A program made the translations under genes and the position numbers. From NCBI GenBank assembly GCA_043228905.1, contig JBHGNT010000018.1:8618001-8682000 (forward strand): 64,000 nucleotides of DNA, given 5' to 3'. A model generated the notes under the pieces. That model ran no database searches. It saw only the letters and a program-made list of their open reading frames with translations, and had not been told where the DNA came from. Source of the DNA: Azolla caroliniana. Taxonomy: Eukaryota > Plantae > Polypodiophyta. Below are positions 12,958-27,700 of the stretch, piece after piece; the stretch's first letter is position 1, and each line of letters begins with the position of its first letter.

Positions 12958-15900
12958 ATTCCAAAAATGGGGTCTAGACTTTGTCGGTCCATTTAAACCA
13001 GCAGCAACAAAAATGAGCAATCGGTATCTTATAGTCGCTACCAACTATTGTACCAAGTGGGTCGAAGCAAAACCTCTCCGGGATAATACAACAACATCGA
13101 CTGCAAAGTTTCTATATGAATATATCTGGTGCAGATTCGGATGTCCAATCGAACTCATTAATGATCAGGGTAGCCATTTCATTAATAATGTAATTCATGA
13201 ATTAATCTATCACTATGCAGTTGTTCATAAAAGAAGTATGCCTTATTATCCTTAGGCCAATGGATTGGCCGAATCGACCAACAAAACAATTCAAATGGTC
13301 CTACAGAAAAATCGTCAACGAAAATCGAATCAATTGGGATCTGAAGTTGCATAGGGTATTATGGGCCTATTGAACGACTTACAAAACCTCTTTTCGATCA
13401 ACTCCATTTCAGTTGGCTTTTGGATTAGAGGTTGTTATGTCAATTGAATTCCTAATTCTAACTTTACGAGTTCAGGTAGCAGAACAACTTGATGAGGAGT
13501 AGTCTGAAAGAATCAGAGGGGAGGAAGGTCGGCTTCAATCTCTGTGGTATCTGGAATAGAAGCAACGAAGAACCAAAGCCTTTGTCAATCGTCATCAAAT
13601 GGAAAAAAAAGGTTTTTCAACATAGGCAAATTGGTCCTTGTGTTTCAAACAAAAATTGACTCTTAGTCTCCCTAGACCGGTCCATATTGGATTGTCGACA
13701 ACAAAAATAGCACATATCAGTTAGGCACACTCGCATGCGAAATATTGCCAAAATGGGTTAATGGATTTCAACTTAAACCATACCAACGGCCAACTCCGAC
13801 TAATCCGTTCATAACTACACCAGACACTCCCTTGAGTGATCGACTGTAATCGATTAAAAAGGCTATTATTGTAAATACCAAGTAATAGAAAAGGGAAAAA
13901 AATCATAATCAAATATTGGCATAAGTATTTCTTGGCACTATCACTTTCACAACACAACTATTTATAGAGTGACACATTAACGCATTAAATTCATTTATAA
14001 GAGTGTCTCTTGAAAGACGTCATTAATAGAAGATTCTATTTTGAAGTCGTTTCATGTTGAGATATGGACCACTTCTACACCGATACAAAACTCTCTTTTT
14101 CCCATTTTCCTGACACAGAAAAGCACAAAGAAGCAAAATCTCACAGAGCACACAGAAAACTTCGACCTCAAAATCTTGCACAGAGAACAGTATCCTTTCC
14201 TCAAACAAAGAATCAATAGGAGAAATTTCGATTGAAACCGCTAAACATCTCTTTTTCCCATTTTCCTGACACAGAAAAGCACAAAGAAGCTAAATCTCAC
14301 AGAGCACACAAACAACTTCGACCTCAAAATCTTGCACAGAGAATAGTATCATTTCCTCATACGAAGAATCGATAGGAGAAATGTCAATTGAAATCTCTAA
14401 ACATCTTAGAAATTGGCTGCAAACTAATGCGTTGGGGGGATATATCCTAGTAGTTGAAGCTCCACCCAATGAATAGGCAAAGGAGGTCGCAAGTCAAATC
14501 AACATAGACAAGATCACCAACAAACAGGTACGTCAAATCTTAAATCTAAATAGTAAAGGGTACAATCACATGGACCACGTGGAGACCAAGGTCCTCGACT
14601 CTTATTTCGGTGAGTATTCTCCTTCTCCAAAAGCTTATAGAACTCAAGGAGGTTTGGATGTTTTCTTCCAAAACGTTGCAAAATTTTTGTTGGAGGTAGC
14701 ATGTATGAATCCGAAATCTTACTGCGTGCCAAAGCATAAGGCAGGATTTATCATAGCAACCTATGAGGGAGAGAAAATCGATTGGGGTTACATTACCGGA
14801 GCCATGTTGAGACCACATTTAGTAGTGATTAAGGGAGGGAAAGCCATGAAGCTGATCATTGCACAATGGCAAACATTATTATGCCCAATGCCATTAGCAA
14901 TCAGGGGATGTAAGGCCCCGAAAAAGGACAAGGGGCAATCATCGTAGGCATTGCCAAAGCAATCGACAAGGCGAAAATTCTTGACAGGACCACGTGAGGA
15001 GTGGTAATATGCCCAATGCCATTAGCAATCAGGGGATGTAAGGCCCCGGAAAAGGACAAGGGGCAATCATCGTAGGCATTGCCAAAGCAATCGACAAGGC
15101 AAAAATTCTTGACATGAGCACGTGAGGAGTGGCAAGAAAGTCGGGCAACAACAGAGAGACCAACAACTAAGAAAGTCGTAGAATCAAGGGCCCAGAATCA
15201 ACAACCCATCGATAAAGAACAACCTTCCAGGACACAATAGGAAGAAAGGAGACTACATGAAGAGACGACCACAACTCAACCACCACTTCCCAAGAAGAAG
15301 AGTCGTTCGACTTCGCAACAAGTCGATAGAGAACAACAAGAGAAACCCCAAAGTCGACACACAACATAGAGTGTCGACCAAGAAATGTCTAAAAGAAAAC
15401 AAACTAACTAAAGACTGGAACCAGCCAAAGAAAAAGAAGAGGAGATTAGTAAAATAACATCAAACACAACAAGAAGAAGGGACGACGAACAATGTATCAC
15501 AGGTGATAGACATAGAGGATACAATGACACTAATAGGTATCATTGAGTAAGGCAAATCATCAGGAAAACCCCCAATGAAGTCTTAGCTATTCCAGACATA
15601 CCATTAGCAACTCACAAAATTGCCACCATATTGTAGTTTGGCACATCATACAAGTTGGTCGACTGGTTAGCTAAACACCTGCAATTTGCTTCGAATCAAC
15701 TAGGGCAGGAACACAAGGATTGAGAGATGATCCAATGCGCATTACTAGGAGAAATAGAGCCGAAAGACGAACAAGAGCTTAATAGAATCGCACGAAAACA
15801 AGATGTAAAGAATAAAGGGATGTTTATTCAAATGCCACCTCTACATACATCATTGGTCAAAGTTCATCAAGGACTAGCCAAAACTATTCATGCAGCAAAG

Positions 15901-18439
15901 GAGATGGCAAAAGTATGTAAATGTATGACCAAGGCGCGGAACTAATGAAGAAAGAGTGGTTGGAAGCTACTCAATCCAATGCATAATTAATTGTCTGGCC
16001 ACAACAAGCTGAATCAAAACTTAAGGAAGTTGAAGAATGACTCCAAACATACGACTAGGCCATTGTACAAATACCAAACAGGTGGCTATGGGAGGAGATG
16101 CAAGAAAAAGATGACATAATCAAGAGAGCCAATAAACGCATAGACTAGGTAGACACTGAACTACAAAGGATGAGAGACTCTGAAAGGCACATCAACAAGT
16201 GGAAGCTTTTCAGGAACGAATCCATCAGATGCTTCGCAAATAGAAGGAGGAGTTTGACAAACTCAATTATCAACATACAACTCTCAAAATACATTTTTTA
16301 TCAGAATCAACAAATTATCACTGATCTCAATAGGCAAATTCAAAGACAGGAGGAGTTATGTCAAAAGCATACGAAAAAATTCAAAACAGAAAAGGAGAAA
16401 ATGCATCAGGACTTTAAAGATGATTAGGAATGGCTAGCACAACAAGTAACGCAACTTACAAACAAATATGAGCATGCACGAACCTCACTCTTGGTAACAT
16501 AAGCCAAATTACAATTTGAACTGGACTCACATGTAGCTCGACGAGATCAATTACAAAATGAGATCAGTTCTCTGGGATATCGCCTCAGCATGGGGGAACT
16601 GAGAATTTAGGCAATATTGAGCAAACACAAGAAAATGATACATCAAAAAATCATTGAGTCTCTAGACAAAGATGGAAGACTTGGTCGCTCAAGCAGTTGA
16701 GTTACAACTATTGCGAGCAGACCAAGTGAACAGGAAAAAGGAAGGTCAGGGTTTCTACAAGTTAGATAAGAATAGTATGACAATCGTTCGAGACGAACTA
16801 TCGGGAGATTTCTACAAGATGACAACCCAACATAGGTTCGAAATTACCACATTGTTAGAGGAATATGACGACCATCAAATACAACTCACGTTGCAACTTG
16901 AAGCCTATGAAAAGGACCATCGTCGAAGGGAAGGAGAGCAAAAAGGAAACTGAGGTCGACGACGAAGGAACACAGCAGCAATCGGAGTAGGATGAAGAGA
17001 CTGATACCTCTGAAGAAGCTTAATAGAGACGACAAGACCAGGAGCACAATGACCCAAAGCCATACCAAGAAGATCCTGAGGAAGAGCAGACGCACCATGA
17101 GCATCATAACAAGCTTGGACGGAGTACGATGTACGACTGAAGGATCTACAACAAACAAGCATGGATCAGGATAAGGGGACAAAGTCGACTCCTTGGCCTG
17201 AACAATCACAGCAAACAGACAATCAGCAAGTTTCGGACGACTCTAAACAGAGCGGAGATCGGGACGAGGAAGATCCAAAATTGCTAGACATTTTGACTGA
17301 GGACGCTGACGAAGATGAGCTTGAGGGCGACGACTAGAACGAGGACGAAGAGGAGGATGTGAAGGATGATGAGGATGATGAGGATGACTAGATACTGATT
17401 TTTGGGGTTTGACCGTGCAAGGCACTGTCCCACGGGTGTGCCATGTGTTACCCGGTCAACTAGCCAAAGTATATCGGTCGACAAGAGAGTCGTAGTCGTA
17501 GTCGTAGAGGGCTAATGTGAAAGGAAATAGCCAAAATAATATAATAGCTATGAAAGTGTTTTTAGAATTCAAGCTATTGAACACTAGAAGAATATAAGGT
17601 ATGAAGCATTCACATTTGGAGGGCAAGAACACGAACAAAGATCTTATGGAGAAGTCAAACTAAACAAGGTCGTTGTGTCATAGCTAAAAATAGGAGATGA
17701 AAAAGCGTTAAAAAGTTGAGAGAGCAGGAAGAATAGTATATCTACAAGAAGTGAGAAGAGATTGGTTAGAAGAAGGTAAGAGAGAAAGTAGAAAGAGGTG
17801 AGAAGAAGAATAGGAGAAAAGGAAGGAATTTTGTGAGTTTGGGGGATAGGAAATCAAGTCGTTCTTTAGTTGTGGTTGTATTTGGAGTTTATCCGGTTTC
17901 TATTGTCTCCATAATAGAATATAGTAGCATTCTTGTCTCTTTCTTTTCTCTTCTCTATCTTTTCTCTATATGTCTTTCATAACCAAGTAGAAAAACATAA
18001 CAGTTAGTTGTAACTGTAAATTCTTGCCAAACGGTAATTGTATTATCTTGGTAAAGTCTCTCAGGTCACCTATAAAAAGGGATCGAGAGCATTGTAACAA
18101 TATCAATCTGTTTTGTTATAACTTAATATAATTTTGTTAGTAGAGTATATGTTGTGTCTCGAATTATTATTTAGAATCTGTATTACTCGGAGTACATATA
18201 GTTATCAGTCGATCATAATAGTATTCGATAACCATATTAATTAAGTATGGTAATTTGATATATGTGTCAGGTTTTATCGTGTTTAAGAAATCATAAAGCA
18301 TAGTCGACCAAATCTAATCTCCAACCACAACTCTATTGATAGAACGACTTAGAGAGTAAGACATTCGACCCTTTGTGTTGGTCGACCCAAACAACAGCCT
18401 AACGCCAAGGGAGACCAAGAGCCACCTCTTGGCATAACA
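12958..18439 (+). mobile_element. Degenerate non-chromovirus Ty3/Gypsy element (Athila/Tat-like), 3' part: integrase, extra ORF and long 3' LTR
   Basis: FQKWGLDFVGPFKP…YCTKWVEAKPLRD integrase is homologous to 54467-55261. An extra-ORF relic lies at 14381-17391. The LTR starts tgttacccgg at 17446 and probably ends …cataaca at 18439. Confidence 0.8.
14381..17391 (+). pseudogene. Disrupted extra 3' ORF of Gypsy element, homolog of 51029-53803
   Basis: MSIEISKHLRNWLQTNALGG…, YFGEYS…YRTQGG…IIATYEG.K.DW, ELQLLRAD..NR.KEG…RDEL..DF and LLDIL plus an acidic tail all align with the ORF at 51029-53803. Many stops. Confidence 0.85.
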
Positions 18440-19651
18440 GCCACCCCCATTACCTATAGTAGCATTCCCTTTTCTCATTTTTTAGCATTCCCAGATTTAC
18501 AGTCTCTCTCCTCTCTCTCTCTCCTTATTTATAGTAGCTCTAAGGAGCTTGTACCTAATCTTCTTCTTAATCATGCTTAATTTATATTAATGAAATCTCT
18601 CTTTTGGTTATTCTCTCTTCTCCCCACCATGTTTTGGGTTCGTTTCGAGACTCCTGGTTTTAGGTTCGTCACATATACATATTCCACATTAGTCGACTAA
18701 CCTCACACACTAGTTGACCAAGGCATCATATAGTGCCATCACGAGCTATATTTCTAGTTCGGTTCCCATACATGACAATATAAACCCTTAGTTTTAGTAT
18801 TTAGGCGTTGTTATGCTAGACTATGTTAGTTTTTCAAGCTTAACAGTTTTTTAGTGTTAAGTTGTTGAGAGCCAATCTACTCTCCAACCATTGTAATCAT
18901 CTCCTCATTAATCGAGTGTTGACCTATTTATGTGTTCATTTCAATCTTCTTACCTTTGCTTACACAAGTCATATTTGTGTATAACTCCCTTGCCACATTC
19001 GGACACATCAAGCATTGTGCTAGTTGGGATGAGCATTGTGCTTACTACAATGTTGACTAACAAATTGTATGTGATGGTAATCGTGAGTTGTGACTACACA
19101 GAACATTATAACTCTACAAAGTGCAAATGCTTTACATCATGAGCACAAATACATGTACAAACCCTTTTCACGAAATGAGGAGCATTCATGCAATGGTTGC
19201 ATATACATATAACAATGTTGACTATTGCATTAATTGCTCATAAACCAAATTATCACTCATCATCATCCATTGAGCATAACCACATGTACACCTACTTACA
19301 CAATTTACACACCAATCATACTCAAAACACCAAATGTCTATCCTATTGGCTTTTGCGGATGCAACCATGTTAACATCAACTTCTATAACCCCCCATTATA
19401 TCAACACTTGTTTTATCTTTGTTATAATTTGTCGCATTGCGTGGCTTGCATAACCTAAGCTACCACCTGGTTTAAATCGACTAGCCAACCCAACCTAGTC
19501 ATCCACCCCGATGCAAGCAACCAACACATCTTCGATAATCCCTACCCAACCCAACAACATGACCTATTCAACTAACCCTTGACCTCTAGCACTTAGATTC
19601 CTAACCACCTTGGAACTGAATCCATCATACATGACCTAAATACCCAACCGA

Positions 19652-20557
19652 TGTCGCGAAGTTACGTGTGTACGTACGCTGCTTGAGCGGGACCACCGGG
19701 GACTTGAACCAAAGTGGATGGATGACTCAAAGCTTTGTCAGAGTTGAAAGCTCATCATTGTAGAAGGCAGAGTTGAAAGATCGCCACAGTCGAACGTAGG
19801 TTAGAGTCGAAGGCTCTACAAATTCAAAGGTAACCTAGAGTCAAAGTCAAAGGTAAGTTAGAGTCAAAGGTAGTCAAAGTTGAACACTCTACAAAGTCAA
19901 AGGTATTGCAGAGTTGAAGGGTAGGTAGAGTCGAAAGCTCGACTGAGTCGAAGGCTCTGTAGAGTCGAAGGTTTCTACAAAGTCAAATGTTCCTAAGAAT
20001 CAAAGGTTCTGCAAACTCGAAGGCTCCTCTGAGTCGAAAGCTCAACTGAGTCGAAGGCTCTAGAAACTTGAATGTTTCTACAGAGTCTATTGTTCCTGAG
20101 AATCAAAGGTTCAGCAAGCTCGAAGGTTCCTTAGAGTCGAAAGCTCTTCTTATTTGAAGGCTCTACAGAGTCCTTGCACTCCCCCTTGATTCACTATCCC
20201 AACTTCCTCGCTTCTCAATTTAGCAAAGCTTCCACATCTCACACTCTTTCTTCCCCCCAAACAATGAGTAATCTTCTCCCTTTTATAGAATGAAAGATGC
20301 TCTCTCCAGAATAAAGTTAGTGATTGTTTTTTATTTTAGCATGCATCATGCTTTTCCTTTCCCAATTACACGCTCTATTTTTCCATTTCACTCATATTAC
20401 AAGTTCTTAGCAATTGAGCTAAGACTTCTTTATTGTTTTCAAATGCAACACGCTACTTGTCCTTCATACCACACCTTATCTTTATAATTCAACCATTTTA
20501 ATATTTGTTGTTTAACTTATTTCCTCCTATGTGTGCCCCACATCACAACACCACACA
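19652..20557. mobile_element. Probable solo LTR with internal AGTCGAAGG-type short tandem repeats
   Basis: TG…CA ends, flanks accga/accaa (possible 5-bp TSD), degenerate agagtcgaaggctct repeats at 19740-20170; it interrupts a C/A-rich tract. Confidence 0.5.
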
Positions 20558-20883
20558 ACCAACTTAATTGACCCACCTCTCTAATGACTAGATGACTAGA
20601 TCCATCAGGCATGACCCACTACCCATACTTAACCCGCCACAAGCTCAACTTGCTTAACTAGACTACCTTCAACAAGATGGACAATCCCCCAAAGCCAAAT
20701 GTACCTAACCATTTGTTAGGCCAACCAATATGACTTGGCCACCCTTCACACCAATCATCGCCAAGGACATGTGTGTAAGAAAGAGAGCACGTAAGAGCAA
20801 TATTTGAGCTTCTTCAAAAACCCGTTCTCTCGCCATTACACCCTCTAATATTAAATTTTTGTATTACTCCATGTAGTTTATAG

Positions 20884-21612
20884 TAGGGATCAGCAACGGC
20901 TCGACTCAAGCCTAAACTGATTTTTAACAACTTAGTGGCTCGGCTCGGTTTAGGCTTGAGGCTACCTAAACGATTTGAGCTCGGATCAGCTTGACTTGAG
21001 CCTTGTCAAACCATTTAAGCCGCTTATGTGATTTAAGAATTAGGGTTTAGAAAGTTAGAAATTAGAGAGTTAGAAGTTAGACATTAGAACTTGAAAGTTG
21101 ACAGAGAGACTAACAGGAAGCCATAGGCAACAAACTATTGAGTGACAAGAGAGGGAGGAAAAGAGAGGGACAAGGAGCTTGAATAGTGAATTATCAGAGA
21201 ACCTCCTTCCTATTATATACATTCTTTGGAGATGGATTGGATCACCGAGAGTGAGAGGTCGCCATAGCCTCGGGACTCCTGGTTCGGGTGGTGGGAGGCA
21301 GGGGATTTGTGGATGTCAGCCGACCAATCATAGTAGTCTACGAAGAGGGAGTCGTGGAGGTGGGACTTGGAGTTGAATTTCGACTCACCAGTGGTAAGGC
21401 CGAGGGGGTGGGCGTCATGAGGAGGAGAAGAAGAGTAGGAGGAAGTGGTAGTGGTAGTGGTGTTTTTTTGGGTTTCTTCAGCTTTTTTGTCCCAAACCGG
21501 TTTAGGGATCGATTCGGTTTGGTTCAGTTTAGGTTTGAGAACCCCAAAACGGTTTAGGCTTAACCGGTTTGGCTAACCGGTTAAGCCTAAACCGAACCAT
21601 TGTCGATTCCTA
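20884..21612. mobile_element. Non-autonomous hAT-type DNA transposon (MITE)
   Basis: Imperfect TIRs tagggatcagcaacgg / ccattgtcgattccta, 8-bp TSD gtttatag/gtttatgg, subterminal aaccg/cggtt repeats, no transposase. Confidence 0.8.
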
Positions 21613-23876
21613 GTTTATGGGTATATTGAGGGGAGAGAACATAATTCATTGCCTACTAAGGATACTAATGTAGCATTGTGGTCCCTCAAAATGAATGGCT
21701 AATTTTGTGATGAAATTATAGTTGTAAAATGTTAGAATATACACATATGAGCATGTGCCACTATATTGGCTTTTTGGCCAAGGCCATAAGGTAATATTTC
21801 TAAAATTACAAAGGTAGGACAAATATTGTGCTTGATGTGAGGGGTAATAATACCAACATATTTGCCTAAAATTAAAGGAATTTCACTTCCATCATTTTTA
21901 AGTTGGAACACCACAAATATTAATGTTGAAAACAGGGGGACATGATAAAAGGAAATTACCTCATGCTATTTTAAACACTTTTGCACTTATCAAAAGTCTT
22001 AGATATGCGTACATTATACAAAACAGGAAACATTTCTATTTAAATGCATTACACCATTCACAAATATATATTATTGTTGCAAGAGTAGAGAGGTTGCTTT
22101 GAAGTTATTTTAGGTTTTTGGCCCTCACTGCCATGATGAATGAATGGGTTCATGTAGTTGCATCTAAAGGTGTTCAAGTGTTTGTTGTTGGTAAAGTCAT
22201 ATCATTATTCAAGTGCATAGATACATGTGGATATAGTGTTTATAGCAATTATAGTCACACCTTTACATGATTATAACATATGGAGCTTTTCCATGTTAAG
22301 TTGTTGGGACAATGGATAAGATTTCCCAATCTCTTTCGAGGACAAAAGCGTCTCCAAGAAGAGGGTGTAGTGTGAGGATGTGAATAGTCTTATTTAGTTA
22401 TATGACGGGAGGATATACTCCGAGGACAAAAGCATTTCGAAAGAGAGAGGGAGAGAGAGAGGGGGAGTTGTGCTAGGATGTAGACAATCTTATTTAGTTA
22501 TATGACGCGATGATGCACATGGAATGAACCTACACTCAATACTCAATATTACATATATGGGATCAAGTATATGGGGGAGGTATGTGTATAATGACTTTTT
22601 CATAATCTTATTGCATCACACTATCTCTCCCCTCAATTACTTTAGTCTTCAATGTATGGTCGATGGGGTCCTATAGGTGTGTAGGGTGTCTCCATGCATG
22701 AATGACCATGAGGGAACATGCAATGGGGCAAGCTACATATTGTGCAAAGCGTGTCATATTCCCCTTTGCATACACATGAGATTCGAACCTACGTAGATAG
22801 ATATATATAGCCTTCATATACCAATTTACTATACACACACCCCACAACATTGACCTTCACAAAAGGACATTCATTTGACATGGGCATATAACACAAAACC
22901 TTTTCCTACTAGTGTGTCTCTAGATCTCTACCATGGAAAAAATATGGCATTTAAAATAGGCTCTACTAAATGTGGCAATTTGACAAATGTCTTGGTATAT
23001 ATACATTGTAGATATGTGATATATTATGTATAATCTACCATACCATATGTGTCCATTCAAGTATTTTCACATGTAGAGAGGTGATATGTCACCGTGTATA
23101 ATGGGCTCTATCTCCATGTTGCATAACCCAGGTGCCTATAATTATGAGTATCTTTTCCACAATAGGCATTTGTATCCTATTGTGCAAAGTATGCAGTGTA
23201 TAGTTTGGAAAAGTACAAGGGACTAATTGCAATCCATCCATACTATGTTTTTATATCGTATTGTGCAACAAAAGGTAAAGTTTGTAAACAAGTATGAATG
23301 GCTAACTTTGCCTTCGACTAATGACTAATTGCAATGCATCAAATTAAGCGATATTATTTTGAAGAATATGAAGGTCTTGTCATATTATTAATTATTTAAA
23401 ACATAGACACATTTTAACTTGGAATTATCATCACAAAACATATTGATATTGATAAATGTTTGGAATATTAATAACCGGCTCACATGATGACACATCGACT
23501 ATGTCCTCTCTTTGTTAAATTCATAACAATTATGAATCTTGCATCACCTTTAAACCAAATGATGGTTAAAAAAGTCTCGGATCATGGCGAGCCATTAACA
23601 ATATGATATCGGGAATTAATGCTACATATCAATTCCTAGGAGTCAATCAACCCAAAATGTTGATTTTGACCTTTGACAATCACTACATTATGTAAACCTT
23701 CCCCCTACATATAGTGAAAATTGAAGTGTCAAAACAAATACAACTTTTCTCAACGATCTATGTGGTGGGGGACTTAGAGTGTCAATGAAGCGATGATTTG
23801 TATCAAAAACAAATCATGTGTGTCAAACCAAGGAGAGTGCTCTCTCTCACATAGATAGTTCATAACTAGTACTATT

Positions 23877-23879
<3 letters not shown>

Positions 23880-23918
<39 letters not shown>
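23880..23918. repeat. (AG)n microsatellite
   Basis: Direct observation. Confidence 0.95.
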
Positions 23919-23920
<2 letters not shown>

Positions 23921-24701
23921 GCAACAATTTGTCATTGATATTTCCTTTCGTACAACATTAAACAATAACAATGCAAATCAAAGCAATGGCAACTTGGGAG
24001 CCCCTAGGGCGCATAAAGAGGACCAGAAGGAACTAATGAGTTCTAAGGGTGGTTGGAGACACTTGGGTGGCACATGGAAACAGGAAAAAAGAAAAAAGAA
24101 AGAGAACAAGAGAACAACGAAATGATGAGAAAAGTGTCCAACACTTGGGGCCCTTATATCGTCGATGCCATCTACGCACGGGGTAAATTACTAATAACAC
24201 AACATCTCATATTCACATACATATACATATTTTTATTTTTATTGTAATTGTAAGAAGTAAATTAGATATACATATAAAAAAGCCCAGATCCCCAAGGATG
24301 TGTTTTTCGTTTTTACGTTTTTCCTTCTTTATTCCTTAAAAGGTTGAAAACAAGTAAATATCTGGAAAGAGGAAATAAGAAAATAATTATTATGATTATT
24401 ATTATTATCATCAGTCTATACGACTCATGAGCCGTGATCCGGGGGTGGGCCCAGCTTGCTTTGCTGACGTGGCATCCGTGTGGTGCGCGTGCTTGAAATG
24501 GGCGGCCGCCCGTGCCCATGCATGCCCTGTGTGAAAAGGACAGTCCCAGATATATAATTTAATTATTTGATTATTTAATTACTTTCGGAAAATAAAATAA
24601 ATAAGACCAAAAAATAAGCAATGAGCGGGAAAATGAAAATTTTAGGGCCTTCACATCCATCATCATCATCATCATCCCAATGAACTACCCTCTCGTCTCT
24701 C

Positions 24702-24702
<1 letters not shown>

Positions 24703-24750
<48 letters not shown>

Positions 24751-24792
24751 GTGTCATGTGTCATGTGTGTGTGTATGTGTGTGTGTGTGTGT
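24703..24792. repeat. Compound (TC)n/(TG)n microsatellite
   Basis: Direct observation. Confidence 0.9.
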
Positions 24793-27700
24793 CTCCACAT
24801 CCCAATGAATCGATGGTTCTCATGTTCCTCCTAGTTGTGCCATCTCGCCCCCCTCGAGTCCGAGTCCGAGTCCCGACGCATAACATACATACATGCAACT
24901 CAACAATCATCTATGTTGTGCCACTTCCATTTCTTCTCTCATCAACACTTCAAACCCCCTCCCCCAAAAAACCTAGCTATGTGCTATATATATCATGACT
25001 CATTGTTGTTCTACACTAACACAGCTTGTGCTACCTACCTCCACACGATAATATTTCTCATTGCTACTCGTTTGGACTCTTAAATAAGATGGTGCTAGAT
25101 AGGAAAACGAATGTCAAAATCCATGATAGCATCCCTAACCAACCATTGTCCACATCCATTTCAATTGAACCTCAAAAATATAAAATAGCCAAAGCTCTCT
25201 TCTTCACGTGAAAGCTCTCTAAATCACCCTACCGAAAGGTGGACTACACCAAACCCAAAACATCACATATTGATACAACCTAGAAGATCCCAATCATAGT
25301 CATCATCGACTATGTGGGTTATTTGCCCTACCCTATTCATTGCCACCAAGAGAAGACATAAATCCTTGTCCATCATCTTTAGACACAAGCCATTAATGTT
25401 CTAGCCATTAAATTGTATAGGGATGAAGCTAGCCTTCTTGCACCTTTCTTAATTTAATGTAAGCAAGTAGTATAGCAATGATAAGACGAAACTTTACAAA
25501 ACTATGCATTCCAATTTCTTCTTGGGCAATGGGTATAGTAGATAGATTTTTTTTCTTTGTGACACCATTGTTGATTGCTCAATTTTTGTTTTCTCCAAGT
25601 CATATCTTCTTGGACAACAAATTGCCTACTTATGGAAAAATGTAAATCCAACACCACCTTAATGTATGAGTATCAATGTTTCTTAGTTCTCGGGAATGTT
25701 CGAAAAGGGATAGATATACAAGTAGCAACTTTATTGGGTCTCCAAATTTGCCATTGCGCGCATGTACTAAATGTGAAAATGGCATTCAAAACTTGGCATA
25801 TTGGCCACAATATTTCGTGGAGATGATTTGACTACCAATCGAGATGATTGTCCATTAGAGACGTGTTGGTTTATTCTCCATTAGAGACATGTTGGTTTAT
25901 TCTATACTTTGCACAAATAATCAATGATTGTTTCTATCTCTATGATAGGTGTAAGGCATAACTAATGGACTTTAGTGCAATATTCTCGTAATAACATTAC
26001 AAAGTTTTGTCCGATCTTGCAATCATTCCTAATTTCACAATTAATTCTCATTCATCTTAGAATTTGGCATGAGATGTCATGCATATAAAATAAAGATGGA
26101 AGAACATAGATAGAGTCAAATTTGAGTTCACATGGATATCAAAGAAAACTACTATTTATCCTCTGACACCATACAACATGGACAATCCTTTCCAATGTTG
26201 ATGTGATGGACTTCGAAGATTGATTTTGTGTTTCCTTCCATACAACTCTAGTATTTCTTGTCCCCGAGGAATGTTTTCAACAAATATGTTTGCATCATTA
26301 GACACTTCAAAACAACCTAGATACAATTTATTTCCTTCACATATATTCAATCACCACACATTCAACAAAGGGCATGCATCAACGCGGGGATTTTATTCTA
26401 AAGTAATAATCTAGTCATTTTTGTTTCATGCACACTAAGGGCACAATGCGCTCAAAACAATATGGTAATGCTTTTTTAAAAGGGCTCATTATATCATAGC
26501 TTGACTGTCTTTATCGTGTCATTTGCCACTCCAAGTCTCCATAGCCCGTGAATTCGTTACCATTTACTTTCGATTTTGAGAATGCTATATTGGTGGTCAG
26601 GCAAGAATGTGTGAACCTTATCTAAGGCAACAATGTCACATTGTCTATCAAGGATTGATCAAATTTAATGTGATCGTTTTCATGGCAAGTATGTTGTGGA
26701 TGTATACCTATGTTCATTGGATTTTCCATCATCTTCTTATCAACATAGAGAACATTGATGTCATGAAATTAACACCTAGTTAGTCAATGTTGTGCATCCC
26801 ACATGATGTTTATAAATGGAACAACTATTATATTGATATCTATCTTAACTAATAATTCTTACGAGAGTATTGTCTTCATAAGCAGAGATGCACTTTACTT
26901 TATCATACAATAATGTTTAAGTTCTATGTGATATGAAACATCAAAAACCATTGGTATTGAGTGAGCATTATTGCTACAACATTAAGTCTCCTTTGATAAA
27001 GACACGACTATTTTGTTTTGATTTAACTAAAATTCTATGCAAAAGTTATTAGAAAAATCCAATTTGTGTAGATGCAACAAAACGAATCTAAGTATATGTA
27101 TTATGGATATTCAGAACAATGCATGTGTACTACTAATGGTTGAATATCAATAGAAAACAAAGGAAAAAATATGTATTTAGAGAGTGAGAAAGACATGGGC
27201 TTGTTGAGAATAATGCATGTGTACTACTAATAGTTGAATATTAATAGAAAACAAATGAAAAAAAAATGTATTTAGAGAAAGAGATGGACATGGGCAACAA
27301 GCCCAACTGAAACTCTCATTTTGCTTCACCTCGTAAAAGACATGAAAAATATATAAGTAAGATTAGAAAAAACTTAAGTATTCAATAAGAGATCCTACCA
27401 ATGATAAGTCTAATCCATTACGTGATATGAATGTACTCGTTGGTGATAAATAATATGCAACATTATTTGTGAATACCATGTTATTGCAACATTAAAGCTC
27501 GCCCCTTTCTATAATCATACATTAACATAATCGAGTATGCTCATGTTATATTTTAATTCAGAAATATTTTGTGTATGTGTTTTTGCACAAGTGAGTGGCC
27601 AACAAGATACTTGAAGGTGATGTTAATTGATATGGGAGTATTTGGTTATCATACCTATGTAGGAGGTAAGATGTGTGACAATGAAAGTTACTTACGATAA

